NCBI RefSeq assembly: GCF_001194135.2
Contig: NC_068986.1
Span: 91,923,260-91,987,259, forward strand
Length of the DNA stretch: 64,000 nucleotides
Direction: 5' to 3'
DNA from: Octopus bimaculoides
Taxonomy: Eukaryota
The position numbers and the translations under genes are program-made. Shown here piece after piece: positions 11,869 through 24,053 of the stretch (position 1 is its first letter; the number at the start of each line of letters is the position of its first letter). The notes under the pieces were generated by a model that had not been told where the DNA came from, did not search any database, and was given only the letters and a program-made list of their open reading frames with translations.

Positions 11869-11895
11869 ATGGGAGACAACTCTAAAGCTACTTAA
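11869..11895 (+). promoter_or_regulatory. Candidate upstream ORF (MGDNSKAT*) 43 nt before the MMAB ATG
   Basis: AAG-ATG-G (strong Kozak context) followed by TAA at 11893-11895. Out of frame with the main ORF. Whether it lies in the transcript is unknown. Confidence 0.4.
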
Positions 11896-11938
11896 CACCG
11901 GTTGTTTCTCAGAACTTGATAAACACGCATTTGTAAAC

Positions 11939-12006
11939 ATGCTTCGAAATTGTGTGAAAACATTGTTGGGTTTGAATTATAAAACGGCCACTCAACGTCT
12001 TATCTC
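11939..12006 (+). CDS. MMAB: MMAB coding exon 1 (mitochondrial targeting peptide MLRNCVKTLLGLNYKTATQRLI)
   Basis: ATG at 11939, donor TC|GTAAGT at 12007. The phase-2 end joins the phase of exon 2. The peptide is basic/hydroxylated with no acidic residues, as expected for a mitochondrial presequence. Confidence 0.75.
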
Positions 12007-12249
12007 GTAAGTTCCATTCCACTAGAATGCCGAACCATACCTTTTTATTTCCCCCCCCCCATAATTATATTCAAATGTTGCTTTATTTATTGTACCGCCA
12101 AGATTTGCTGAAGGTTGATGCATAATCGCACTGGGAACCAGATAGACAGACATAGTCGAGATGTCAATTAGCTTATAGAAAATTTAAAAAGTTTAGTTCA
12201 TTAGTTGTATAAAATTTTCTTTTATTTCCGTCTTCAACAGAAAAATATA

Positions 12250-13250
12250 GATCGATCTCGTTGATGTTATAAAACCTACGGGCTTCGTTCATCTCCCCCT
12301 CCTGCCCAAATGAGATATGGTTGAAGCACATAGGCTTCAGTTTTGCCAAAAGATTCGCGTGCCAGATACGGTCGATAGCTTTGTTAATGTTGAGAGTCAG
12401 AGCTCACTAATGAGTGACTTGGGAGTATAGATTTCCAGTAGATCTACCTTTGCGGAAGTCATAAAGGTAGTCACTAAAGAAGAAAAGGCATTGAAGGTGT
12501 TAGAGAAGGTTATTAATAATTACTGTCTCCATGACTTTTGAGTTGTTCGAAGTGAGTGCGATGCGACGATAGTTGGCAAGGTCAGTGGGGCTTAGGATGT
12601 ATCCCTGGAAGAGAGAGAGAGAGAAGATGAAGAATTTAGTGTGGATAGCTCTAGCGGACTGGAAAGGACATTATCAGAACCATTAGGTTACTTGGCATGT
12701 ATGTGCGTGTATGACAGTAAGTGAGCCTTGTGAAGTAGAAAAAGATAGTTTTGAAGATTTACCTACTGCTTACAACGTGGAGTTGGTTACAAAGGTTAGC
12801 AACAAATGTAGAGGCTTTGTCTGCATAAGTATTGATTACAGAACTATCGTTTTTAAGGAGTATTCTGCAGAATTGGTGGAGAGTCTTCTGGCAAAAGTCC
12901 AAAAGGATTGCTGCAGTTTCGGTGGCTGGAGAGAGCTGTGCGATGCACGAAGGCATCTGTCATTGTCTAGATGCTGATTTTGCTGGAGTTGCGGTGTAGG
13001 GTAATAGCTGTTTATTTCTAAGGGTTGGTAATTGTGGGAGGTTCACTTGGAGGTCTTGAAGTTGTTTGTGAGTTGTAAAGGAACAAGACTAAAGAGATGG
13101 GTTCAGCCACTTGCTTCATTATTTCCAATTAAGTTCGAAGCATATATACTTCCAGCCTAAAACTAGCAGAATTCCCATTAGTTAACTGATCCAAAGTATC
13201 ACGGGATGGTGTATGTGTATGGTGAGGTATTGGATAGTATGTGAATGTGA
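12250..13250 (-). mobile_element. Degenerate non-LTR retrotransposon (LINE) reverse-transcriptase remnant in MMAB intron 1
   Basis: Minus-strand translation gives NYRRIALTSNNSKVMET and LNINKAIDRIWHANLLAKL (RT motifs NYRPIAL / AFDRVWH), with frameshifts and stops. Confidence 0.8.
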
Positions 13251-14245
13251 AATTAGATACCTTTAATTACATACATAATATATATACATATATGTATATA
13301 TGTAATATTAGACTTAAATATATACATAAGAGTGAGAAGAAGGGGGGAAAAAATTCACCACCTTAGGTTGAAAAATTTTGGGGCACTGGGAAACCTCTCT
13401 CATGAAAGTGTGGTGGGGAGTTGTCATAAGTAAGTAGTCGGATGACTGGATAGATGTAGAGATAGTCATGGCTTGCCGGGTGAGAAGAAGACGGTGTTTG
13501 GGGTATCTGCGTATCAGTCAGAGGTGGTAGTGGGAGGTTTATATCAATCGATGTTGGGAATTGGGGACTACGAACGGTTCGGTTTTTGCTCCGGCATCAA
13601 CAGTATGGGATAAGCGTGAGAGCCAAAGTATGGAAATATGCTACACGGAAAGAATATCAATCTTGAACACTCGTATTTTAAACGTAAAAAAAAAAAATAT
13701 TGTAAATAGTAGACGCATATAAATATTTAAACTAATATGTAATATTGAAATTAAGGTTCAAAAATTAACAAATGTCTTGTTTTTCTCTCTTTGAATGTAA
13801 TTTTTTTTTGGGGGGGGGGGCGAAACTGAAAGTATTTAACAAATAAATGTCTCAAAACAAAGTACAAATAAATTTAGCTGAACAATTATCTGATGAATGT
13901 ATTTAGTAAACACTATTCTTTCCCCTCCCCATCGAAATTGATAGGCTGGTCTTTGAGGAATGCCTTTAATCAAAAGTCTGCTCGGAAAGAGCGATTTGAA
14001 GTTGAAAAACTTTTGAACAAGAGAAGTAATTGGGTAGTTGCATTTTTTGTTGCCTTGATATTTTCATGCTTCATATGTAAAGATATGCAAAATAACTCAT
14101 CTGCGTTTTGCCCAGGACAGCTTATTTCTGTATTCAATGCTAACACCTATACCTAAAGACTATTTAATCCAGTGATCTGCTCAGTAGATGTCCTCTTTCT
14201 CGATCCACTAAATTATACAACTATGTCAATATTACTTTAAAATTT

Positions 14246-14720
14246 AAGGCAGTGAACTGGCAAAATTGTTAGCATGCTGGGCAAAATGCTTAGTGATATT
14301 TCGTCTGCCATTATGTCCTGAATTCAAATTCTGCCAAGGTTGACTTTGCTTTTCATCCTTTCAGGGTCGCTTAAATAAGTACTAGTTACGCACTGGGGTC
14401 AATGTAATCGACTTAATCCTTTACCCCAAATTTACCTTAATCCTTTACTAATCCGTTACTCCAAATGTGCTTCTAGTAGAAAGGAATATTACTTTGAAAT
14501 TTATGGTGGTGAGTTGGCACAATTGTTAGCACACTGGACAAAATGCTAAGAATTTTGTCTGTCTTTACATTTTGAGTTCAAATTCTGCCAAGGCCAACTT
14601 AGCCTTTTATCCTTTCGGGGTCAGTAAAATAAATACCAACTGAGTACTGGGGTCAATGTAATCGACTTGCCTCCTCCCCTAAACTTGCTGGCCTTGTGCC
14701 AAAATTTGAAACTGATATTA
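14246..14720 (+). mobile_element. Two SINE family B copies upstream of MMAB exon 2
   Basis: Same head, B-box and core as the copy at 15957. Confidence 0.8.
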
Positions 14721-14828
14721 CACTGAAATTGTATTTTAATTTAACAATGAACTGATTAATAGCAATATTTGGTGGATATTGAAAGAGTTGAAACTACATA
14801 AGATAATGGTTTGTTATTTCTTATTCAG

Positions 14829-14881
14829 TTCCAGTTCGGTGAGCAGTGCTGTGAAAATTTATACCAAAACTGGAGACAAAG
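14829..14881 (+). CDS. MMAB: MMAB coding exon 2 (SSSVSSAVKIYTKTGDKG)
   Basis: Acceptor TTATTCAG, donor G|GTTAGT. Contains the KIYTKTGDKG ATP-binding motif of PduO-type adenosyltransferases. Confidence 0.95.
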
Positions 14882-14897
14882 GTTAGTTATGCATTTT

Positions 14898-15283
14898 AGG
14901 AGTGGCTGTGTGGTAAGGAGCTTGCTTACAAACCGCATGGTTCCGGGTTCAGTTCCACTGCGTGGCACCTTGGGCGAGTGTCTTCTACTATAGCCTTGGG
15001 CCGACCAAAGCCTTGTGAGTGGATTTGGTAGACGGAAACTGAAAGAAGCCCATCGTATGTGTGTGTATATGTTTGTGTGTCTGTGTTTGGTCCCCCCCCC
15101 TTCCAACATCGCTTGACAACTGATGGGGTGTGTTTACGTCCCTGTAACTTAGCGGTTCGGCAAAAGAGACCGATAGAATAAGTACTAGGCTTACACAGAA
15201 TAAGTCCTGGGGTCGATTTGCTCGTCTAAAGGCGGTGCTCCAGCATGGCCACCGTCAAATGGCTGAAACAAGTAAAAGAGTAA
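14898..15283 (+). mobile_element. tRNA-derived SINE family A, full length, 16 nt downstream of the exon 2 donor
   Basis: GGAGTGGCTGTGTGGTAAG head, GGTTCAGTCCC B-box-like motif, internal (TG)n, tail ACAAGTAAAAGAGTAA. Confidence 0.9.
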
Positions 15284-15329
15284 TTACTTAATTGATTAAT
15301 AAATTTTTGTCACTACTACTACTACTACT

Positions 15330-15560
15330 AAGACAGTGGATTGACAGAATCATTTGAGTGATCAGTTTGGAAAGAACTGATCTAAAATGGTTGTAAAGCA
15401 AGTGAATCACGGAGAACAGAACACTTCATCATAAAGCAGGTACTTTGTAAACAGGACTTGGTCTCAGTCCCAGTGAATGTTCAGCTTGAACATGTCTGTA
15501 ACATCTGAAGAAAGTTCTGTTGGTCCAAAGCCAGACTTGCTAGTCATATGAGGTCATGTG
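15330..15560 (+). mobile_element. RTE-clade LINE ORF2 3' remnant
   Basis: Translates to HVCNI*RKFCWSKARLASHMR, a C2H2-like C-terminal zinc finger with a stop codon. Confidence 0.55.
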
Positions 15561-15902
15561 ATAACATTTACCAATTGAAGAAGATGTCCTTCTTCTGTAA
15601 AGAAGTGACAATTGTCGTGTGTGTGTGTGTGTCCTTGTCTTCACATCACACAATAGATTTAAACAATTGTCACCATCATATATAAGTTGTGTTTGTCATT
15701 CTAGTCATCTCTGAAAACATATCTGGCCATGGGGTAATATTTCTTTGTTTAGAAACAAGTGAGGGTTGGTGACTGGAAAGGCATCCACTTACAGAAAATC
15801 TACCTTAACAAATCACACTGATGCAAGCATGGAAAAGTAGACATAGAAACGATGAAGATGATGATGATAGTCATGAATACTTAGGTGAAGGCATACACAT
15901 TT

Positions 15903-15944
<42 letters not shown>

Positions 15945-15956
15945 TACCTAGCACAG

Positions 15957-16187
15957 GCGCCGAGCTGGCAGACACGTTACCATGCCAGGCGAAATGCTTA
16001 GCGGTATTTCGTCTGCCGTTACGTTCCGAGTTCAAATTCCGCCGAGGTCGACTTTGCCTTTCATCCTTTCGGGGGTCGATAAATTAAGTACCAGTTACGC
16101 ACTGGGGTCGATGTAATCGACTTAATCTCTTTGTCTGTCCTTGTTTGTCCCCTTTATGTTTAGCCCCTTGTGGGCAATAAAGAAATA
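15957..16187 (+). mobile_element. Young SINE family B copy with 16-bp TSD
   Basis: TSD AGAATACCTAGCACAG at 15941-15956 and 16188-16203; CpGs retained. Confidence 0.92.
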
Positions 16188-16228
16188 AGAATACCTAGCA
16201 CAGACATACAAGTGAAAACATGTATGCG

Positions 16229-16262
<34 letters not shown>

Positions 16263-16616
16263 TTCACCTGAAATAGGGTTGAAGACTTTGATAACAACAA
16301 TGATGATGATGATGATGGTGGTAATGCTTTCTGCATCAATGGTGATGAGCATTGATGATGATTATGCTGCTGCTGATAAGGATAATATTAGTGATGCAAA
16401 TAAAGAAGATGATAAAAGTGATAATAGTCATGATGATGTAGATAATATGGTGATAGAGATGATGATAGGAATATTAGCAAGACTGATGATAATGTTTGTT
16501 GAAAATAACACTGATAATGATCATAATAACTATAGAACATCCACTATTATATCCTGTCCCTCTCTCTCTCTCACTCCATCTCTCTTACTCTCTATCTTTA
16601 TTCCCTCAAAACACAG

Positions 16617-16710
16617 GCAAGTCCTCAACATTTACAGGAGAAAGGAGATTCAAGGATGACCTGATATTTGATGCTCTTGGTTCAACAGATGAACTCTCAT
16701 CTGCTATTGG
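16617..16710 (+). CDS. MMAB: MMAB coding exon 3 ([31 protein letters not shown]), 94 nt
   Basis: Acceptor ACACAG, donor GG|GTATGT. Matches the human motif [30 protein letters not shown]. Confidence 0.96.
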
Positions 16711-19120
16711 GTATGTATCTATTTATTTATGTGTCTGTCTGGCCATCCATATATCCATCTATCCCTCCCTCTCTCATATATCACGTTCTATAGTCTTTCT
16801 ATTTTCTATATACCCACTACTTTACTAGGGAAAATGGCCTTAAAATAGCCTTGTGCTGTTATCTTTACATTCTAATCCTGCCACATTCCAAGCGCCTTTA
16901 ATCACTTTCTCACTTCTAAACATCTCTAGCTAGCCATCACCTATAACCAGACCAGTTTGGTCACTTTCTTATCGTGTCCATCTTCTACACATCTGCATAC
17001 AATGCAGCCATGTCCATCCCTACCTCCTGGACCTGCTGGCACTTCAAGTCAACTGACTGATCAGTAGTCTGCTTGCTTTGCTTGTTTTCTGACAGCAGGT
17101 CTATTGTACTGCTGACTCATCAGGTAACCGTTAAGTGGCTGACTGAAACACTCCTTTTGCATATGTCTGTATATGTTTTCCACACAACCAAACCTTGCAT
17201 CTCCAATTCCTCCAAGTGGTTCACTCATAGTTGCATTGTAGCATTTCAGGCAATGAACATAGCCTACAACATTCAGAGAAAATTATCCTCACTTACAAAG
17301 TGGACAGGGTAACTGGCACCTCAATTCCTGCTAGACCACTAATTCTTGTTTTGTTTTTTGTTTTTTTTCTATGTATATAATAAAACTTTTAAGCAGATGG
17401 TGATTGTAACACTTTTTGTGCCTTGTTCAGTTTGATGGTGATTGAAAAAAAAAAAAAGAACTGTAGAAAATTACAGCAGCATATCTTTAATCAGCAGTCT
17501 CTAATCTTTAGAAAAAATTACCCACCCCTACAAACTGAACAGCTTTTCATCCAGCCTTTTAACTCCTACAAGATCACCATTTGCACTGTGAAGGATGCCT
17601 CTTCACACGGCACTACCTCCGACCTCTCTTGCTTCCCAAACTGCTGCCAATTCTTTTGTCTTTTGTCAAAAAGACCTCCATCAACTTTTGGGAATCCTTC
17701 CCATACCTTCTCAAATCTGAAAGTTCTGTAATCAGTGCTTCAGCAGAGAAAGCCTCCTTATTTGTTATCTACTTTGTATTCAACTCTGCACCATTTTTGT
17801 AGACAATAAGACGTAATTTTTGAGAAATTTCGCTTTATTTTTAGCATGCTGAACTGTGAAATACAGGCTTCCTCTTGGACTCATACTAGTGTTGGTGTAA
17901 TATAAATTATGAGCACAAATGTTTACGCAATATAAAGAGCTTCAAGTTATTTCTCCCGAATCTGCTTCCATCAATACAAGGGATGTAACTCTTGTTGAAT
18001 TTTGGCGTGTGTTATTTCCCTTGGTTAATTGCCGTGTTTGTACCAAGTGTTGAGATATTGAGTGTTTGTTCACCTCTTTACACGACTTGAAAGGAAAAGA
18101 TAGCAAAAACAGAGATAAAGTGAAAGACAAAGAATTAAATTGAGGGTGACGTAGAAAGAGGTAGAGATAGTTAGATAGGTAGAGAAAGAGAGAGAGGTGG
18201 GGGGAGTTATCGTTTTAAAAGAAAATTTGTAATAGACAAAGTGAAAGATGTTCACCAGATGTTTATGTGAAACGAAGAGAAATACATATAGCCGAGCTGT
18301 TGTTGTTGTTAAGCTATTAAATCAAAGCAGGATGTAGATACAAATAGTTACCTGCAAAATTATTCCAAAAGTAAGTTTCCAGCTATAATCAGAACCTCTC
18401 ATTATTTAGAGAAAACCTACCACTTTATCAGGGTGTCATTACTGGAGCTACCAGTAAATAAAAACCTTTTAGTGAAGGGGATGCCCCAATGATGCAGTAG
18501 TTTTTATGTCACATTACTTACTAATGTGTTGACTGATAACTTTTTTGAGTGGAACTTAGTTGACAGAAAGTGTATAGAAGCCCAGCAACCTAATCTGGTC
18601 CCATCTTTCATAGATTAGCTTCTCACTTACTATATAGCTAATACCCTCTCTACCATAGTCCCACTCAGCTGCAGGTCATCTTAGTTATGTGAACTACATG
18701 GTGATCTCACTAGTGCTGGTGCTATGAAAAAAAGTACCCAGTACAATCTGTAAAGTAATTGGTGTTTGGAAGTGCATTCAGCTGTAGAAACCTTGCCCAA
18801 GTGGATATTGGAGCATGACACAGTCATGCTCCAATATCAAACCATCCAACCCACACCAGTATGAAAGATGATGACGAGGGCACACACACACACACACGTG
18901 TGCACGTGTGTGTTTGTGCTTATGTGATTGACCTAACACAGCACAAGTTATTAGAAAAACTGGTTTCATCTTGCTGATGTAACTTAGCCATTTGATAAAA
19001 GAAGTACCAGAGTGAAATAAGTCTTTGAGTATTAGATGACCAGCTAAAAGTGCTTGAAGTTGTGTCTCAGTATAGCTATTGTTCAGTGACTGAAACCAGT
19101 CAATGTATAAAAGAACTATC

Positions 19121-20000
19121 GGTGCTACTTTGGTGTGTAATCTACAACTTACAGGGCTTTAGGTTACTTTGTGCTAGTGCTACTTTGGCGTGTGATCTAC
19201 GCGAGCAAATTTACTTTGGTATGTGATCTATGCGCTTAATTTAATTATCATATCGTTTATTCTTGGTTTCTTTATTTACTAAGACATAAACAAAACAAGA
19301 TTTTATTATCATTAAAATAATTTTATCGATGAATTGAGCGAACATCTGCTAGAAACACAAGAAATGCATCTTCAGTACCCTTCCTCATCAACAGAAATAA
19401 TCAAGGTGAGATTGGAAGGCCTTTGGATTGAAGAAAGGTGCAGATTCCTGCTATCTTTATGTAGAAAAAGGAAATCTTGAAAGACTTGAACCTATAATTC
19501 AAAGAGAAGTTGCAGAAAATTTGGTTATTCATTCCAACGAATGGCCAGCATACTCCAATCTAAATTGTCTACATTTCCGCCATTCTATTGTCAACCAACA
19601 AAGACATTGTGTTGATCCAAACACTGGAACCAATATTCAAGCAATTGAAAGAACCTAATTGTATTCGAAAATTCATAGTTTGAAAAAGATGAGAGGAGTG
19701 AACCAAAGAACCTTCCAATCTCCTCTTGATTATTTCTGTTGGCTATGGTTGAGGAAGAGTGCTGAAGACGTATTTCTTGTGTTTCTAGCAGATGTTCGCT
19801 CAATTCATCGATAAAATTATTTTGATAATAATAAAACCATGTTTTATTTATGTCTTAGTATTTAAGGAAACCAAGAATAAATATAATAATTAAAATAAGC
19901 GTGTAGATCACACACCAAAGTAGCACTAGCACAAAGTAAACTAACAAGTAACTGAAAGTAATTGCCCTTTAAGTTGTAGATCACACGCCAAAGTAGTACT
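19121..20000 (+). mobile_element. Merlin (IS1016/ISXO2-like) DNA transposon derivative with ~300-bp inverted arms
   Basis: 8-bp TSD GAACTATC (19113-19120, 20001-20008). Core translates to IHSNEWPAYSNL...HSIVNQ...VDPNTGTNIQAIER*...MRGV (ISXO2-type DDE fragment). Arms at 19121-19419 and 19711-20000. Confidence 0.88.
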
Positions 20001-20059
20001 GAACTATCATTATTATCATCATTGTCATCTTCCTCATCATTGTCTTTGTCATTTTTCAG

Positions 20060-20117
20060 GTTTGCTGCTGAACTATGTAAAGAGAAAGGTCATACAATGG
20101 ATAACAGATTTCAAACT
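20060..20117 (+). CDS. MMAB: MMAB coding exon 4 (FAAELCKEKGHTMDNRFQT), 58 nt
   Basis: Acceptor TTTTTCAG, donor |GTAAGT. Similar to human FALELVTEKGHTFAEELQK, and the phase fits exon 3. Confidence 0.92.
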
Positions 20118-20311
20118 GTAAGTGAGGCTCTCTTGCTATTTCTTTTTTATTTTAATGTTTTCGTTAGAAGAGGAAACACAATTTTCATGAATTTTTTCAG
20201 GGTCTCAGTGACTGGTGGTAGTAAAGGATCAGGTATCCTTAAACCAAAGGCCTTTCCTAAATGCTTGAAACTGTGTGCCACTGTGTACACTGCTGAAGGC
20301 AAATGAGGGCC

Positions 20312-20680
20312 AGAAGTTCTAGGTTCAGTCCCACTGCGTGGCACCTTGGGCAAGTGTCTTCTACTATAGCCTCGGGCTGACCAAAACCTTGTGAGTAGAT
20401 TTGGTAGATGGAAACTGAAAGAAACCTGTCGTATATATATATGTATATATGTGTGTGTGTATGTTTTTGTGTCTGTGTTTGTCCCCCAACATCGCTTGAC
20501 AATCGATGCTGGTGTGTTTACATCCCTGTAACTTAGCAGTTCGGCAAAAGAGACGATAGAATAAGTACTAAGCTTACAAAGAATAAGTCCTGGGGTCGAT
20601 TTCTTTGACTAAAGGCGGTGCTCCAACGTGGCCACAGTCAAATGACTGAAACAAGTAAAAGAGTGAAAAGAGTAAAGAGT
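20312..20680 (+). mobile_element. SINE family A (5'-truncated)
   Basis: High similarity to 14898-15283. Confidence 0.88.
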
Positions 20681-20713
20681 AACATGGTAAAATATGGCAA
20701 CAAAAGGGTTAAG

Positions 20714-20930
20714 GTGGTAAGATGGCAGAATTGTTAGCACACTGGGCAAAATGCTTAGTTGCATTTCGTCTGTCTTCACATTTTAAGTTCAAACCCCACC
20801 GAGGTTGACTTTGTCTTTTATTCTTTTGGGGGTTGTTAAAATAAGTATCAGTTGAGCACTGGGGTTGATGTAATTGATTTACCTCCTTCCCCCTGAAATT
20901 GCTGGCCTTGTGCCAAAATTTGAAACCATT
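20714..20930 (+). mobile_element. SINE family B
   Basis: Family B head and core motifs. Confidence 0.8.
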
Positions 20931-21477
20931 ATTATTATTTCTTTATCAAAAGAATGATGGTATTTGATAGTTTTTGTCAAAGAAGTAGATTTAGCTGACT
21001 GGTCTCAATGTTGCTTATTTTCAAGAGCAAAGTGTATTTGATGTCATTAAGCTATGTTAGTTACTGGTTGCTGGTGTCATCTTCCGCTGTTAAGTTAACC
21101 TTTTTCACAAGTGGGGTTACCAAACCTCCACCACAGCTACTTACACTTATACAGCTGTCTTCACACTAAGCCAGCTGCAATATCTATCACATGGCTGTGT
21201 CCAACTCAAGAGTTAGGGTTAGGTGGCTAGGCGGAATCAGTGGAGGAACAGCAGGCAGAATTTCATATGTTATTTAGAATCTGAATTCAAGTCTTGCTGA
21301 AACGAAACTCTTTATTGAAAAGTATTTTATTTGCAGCATAGTAGTGACCACAGTTGATCTGAAGGAAAGAAATGATATTACCAACGACTGTTGCGCTCAT
21401 TTCCATAATGGTGCTTGCTGTCTAGGCTAATGCACACTATATCTTCCAACTTAAAAAAGAAGAGTTAAAGATAGGCA

Positions 21478-21932
21478 GATATGTGGTTGTGTGGTAAGAA
21501 GTTTGCTTCCTATCCACATGATTCCAGGTTCAGTCCCACTGCATGGCATCTTGGGCAAATGTCTTCTTCTATACCTTTGGGTTGACCAAAGTTTTGTGAG
21601 TGAATTTGTTAGATGTAAACTGAAAGAAGCCTACCATATATATATAAGTGGATTTGAAAGAAGCCCATTGTATGTATGTGTGTATGCATGTGTGCATGTG
21701 TGTATGTATGTATGTAGTTGTGTGTTTGTATCTGTATTTGTCCCCCCACCATTGCTTGACAACTGATGTTGGTGTGTTTAGATCCTTGTAACTTAGCTGG
21801 TTGACAAAAAAGACTGATAGAATAAACAACAGGCTAACAATGAATATGTCCAGGGAACGATTTCTTCAATTAAAAGGCAGTACTCCAGCATAGCCACAGT
21901 CAAATGGCTGAAACAAGTAAAAGAATAAAGGA
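21478..21932 (+). mobile_element. SINE family A (diverged)
   Basis: Similarity to 14898-15283. Confidence 0.85.
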
Positions 21933-21944
21933 ATATATATACCG

Positions 21945-22518
21945 GTGGCATGTAAAAGCACCCACTACACTCTCAGAGTGGTTGGCGTTAGGAAGGGCAT
22001 CCAGCTGTAGAAACTCTGCCAAATCAGATTGGAGCCTGGTGTAGCCATCCGGTTCACCAGTCCTCAGTCAAATCGTCCAACCCATGCTAGCATGGAAAGC
22101 AGACGTTAAACGATGATGATGATGAGATACAAATGCATTGTCAAAGGTGTTAATAAGCCATTTAGAAACATTAAAAAAACTGTTAGATTCACTTCAACAT
22201 CTAAATTTAATTTGTCAAAATTTGGTCACTTTGAAACTGTGACCTGTTCACTGACAAAATTCCATGCTGCATCTGAGAAAGTAACAGTTAGTTCATCTAT
22301 ATATATATATATNNNNNNNNNNTGCGGGTGACACGTAAAAGCACCCACTACACTCTCTGAGTGGTTGGCGTTAGGAAGGGCATCCAGCTGTAGAAACTCT
22401 GCCAAATCAGACTGGAGCCTGGTGTTGCCATCCGGTTTCACCAGTCCTCAGTCAAATCGTCCAACCCATGCTAGCATGGAAAGCGGACGTTAAACGATGA
22501 TGATGATGATGATGATGA
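21945..22518 (+). mobile_element. Two near-identical family C copies either side of a 10-N gap
   Basis: GTAAAAGCACCCACTACACTC...GACGTTAAACGATGATGAT occurs at 21945-22123 and again at 22323-22518. Confidence 0.85.
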
Positions 22519-23170
22519 CACACAGATACATGCATGCATACATCTATGTCTGTCTGTTCATCCCTCTATCTATGTGTATATATTGTTGTAACTTAGCAGT
22601 TTGGCAAAAGAGACCATTAGAATAAGTACCGAGCTTAAAAAGAGTAAGTACTGGGTCGATTCATTTGACTAAAATTGTTCAAGGCAGTGCCCCAGCATGG
22701 CCACAGTCTAACTAATGACTGAAACAAGTAAAAAATAAAAGATATTAAACATTATAAGCAACAGTTTGAACAATTTTCTGGGTAAGTGCTAGAAGTATGG
22801 CTTGAGATTCTCATATCTATTGTTTGGTAGATGATCATATTACTTGCTACACTTGGGCACACTTAACATTCCAGTTTCTCAAATTAGTTTGTGTATATTC
22901 TGCTATTTTAATTGTACTCTTTTATTAACACAAGATGTGTTCATTGGTCACTGGGCACAGCCATTCTCAAACTAACAGATACATCCCTTCCAAGAAAAAA
23001 GTGAAATCTTTGTCCTCTTCCCTCATTATTGACAATGGAAAATAGAATTTGTGTCTGTATAATTCTTTCCTGTGTCATGGTATTGGATAAATTTAAAGGG
23101 TTTAAAACCATCTTAACTGTATTCATTCAACTGTTTTATACCTCTTTTTCCATGCTAGCATGGGTTAAAT

Positions 23171-23666
23171 CAGGGGTTCTCAACCATTAAATAAATTTAT
23201 TTCTGTGTCTTACAATACATCTCAATGCTTCTAAAGACAAACTTTGTTTGTTTACTTTCATCGTAAAGTTGAATTTAACGTTAGCGTCTTATGAAGCTAA
23301 ATTTATAAGTTCTAAAATTGCAGAAGAATTCGTTGCTGGGCAGTTTAGTTTAATGGTAAAACACTTGACATGTAATCACAGAGATGTGAGTTCGAGTCTC
23401 ATGGCTGGCCGGTAACGTATTTTTCTGCATTATATGGATAATTTATCCTGATCAAGCTATTTATAGCGTTATCATGCGTTTGGGAAATAAGTTTATTTCT
23501 GTATCAGTTATATAGAAACTTCTTTTAAAATTCCTATTTTGTCTTTCTCACATTAACTTGTGTAGGTTGAACTATGTAAAATGACAGAGAAAGAAACCTA
23601 GCAGGAATCCCTAAAAATCTTGTATGGACCATCAGGGGTCACATGGACCCTGGTTGATAACTACTG
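23171..23666. mobile_element. hAT/Charlie-like MITE (same family as 1303-1630) carrying a nested ~320-bp insertion
   Basis: TIRs CAGGGGTTCTCAACC / GGTTGATAACTACTG; TSD GGTTAAAT / GGTTAGAT. The right half is homologous to 1390-1630. Confidence 0.82.
23339..23410 (+). pseudogene. tRNA-Thr(TGT)-like cloverleaf (pseudo-tRNA or repeat head)
   Basis: D-arm GTTT-AATGGTA-AAAC; T-arm GTGAG-TTCGAGT-CTCAT; acceptor stem 6/7 paired; anticodon loop CATGTAA. Defects: A at position 33 and an extra base in the anticodon stem. Confidence 0.7.
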
Positions 23667-24053
23667 GGTTAGATGAATGTATTACTGAGGTATTGTTTTT
23701 ACAACCAGATACCCTTCCTGTTGCTGACCCTTACCTGTTTTTCAAATAAGGGATTTCTTATTGCATACATTTTCAAAAATACAGAGTGAGCAGATGATTT
23801 GTTGTCAGAAGTGACAATAACATCACGCACGCATGCACACGCAATGGGCTTGTTTCTATCTGCCAAATCCACTCACAAGGTTTTGGCTGGCCTGAGGCTG
23901 CTATAGTGCCCAAAGTATGTCATAAAGTGGGACTGAACCTGAAACCATGTGGTTGAAAAGCAAACATCTTCATCACACAGCCATGCCAGCATCTAAACAT
24001 CACAATTTATCCATCCCCTTTTTCAATCTTCAGAGTTTCCTCCCTTCTATGAC

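Noticed and set aside
21945-22518. Apparent tandem duplication of family C (also 63330-63440)
   Set aside because: The near-identical copies flank 10-N gaps and are likely unmerged contig overlaps or haplotypes.
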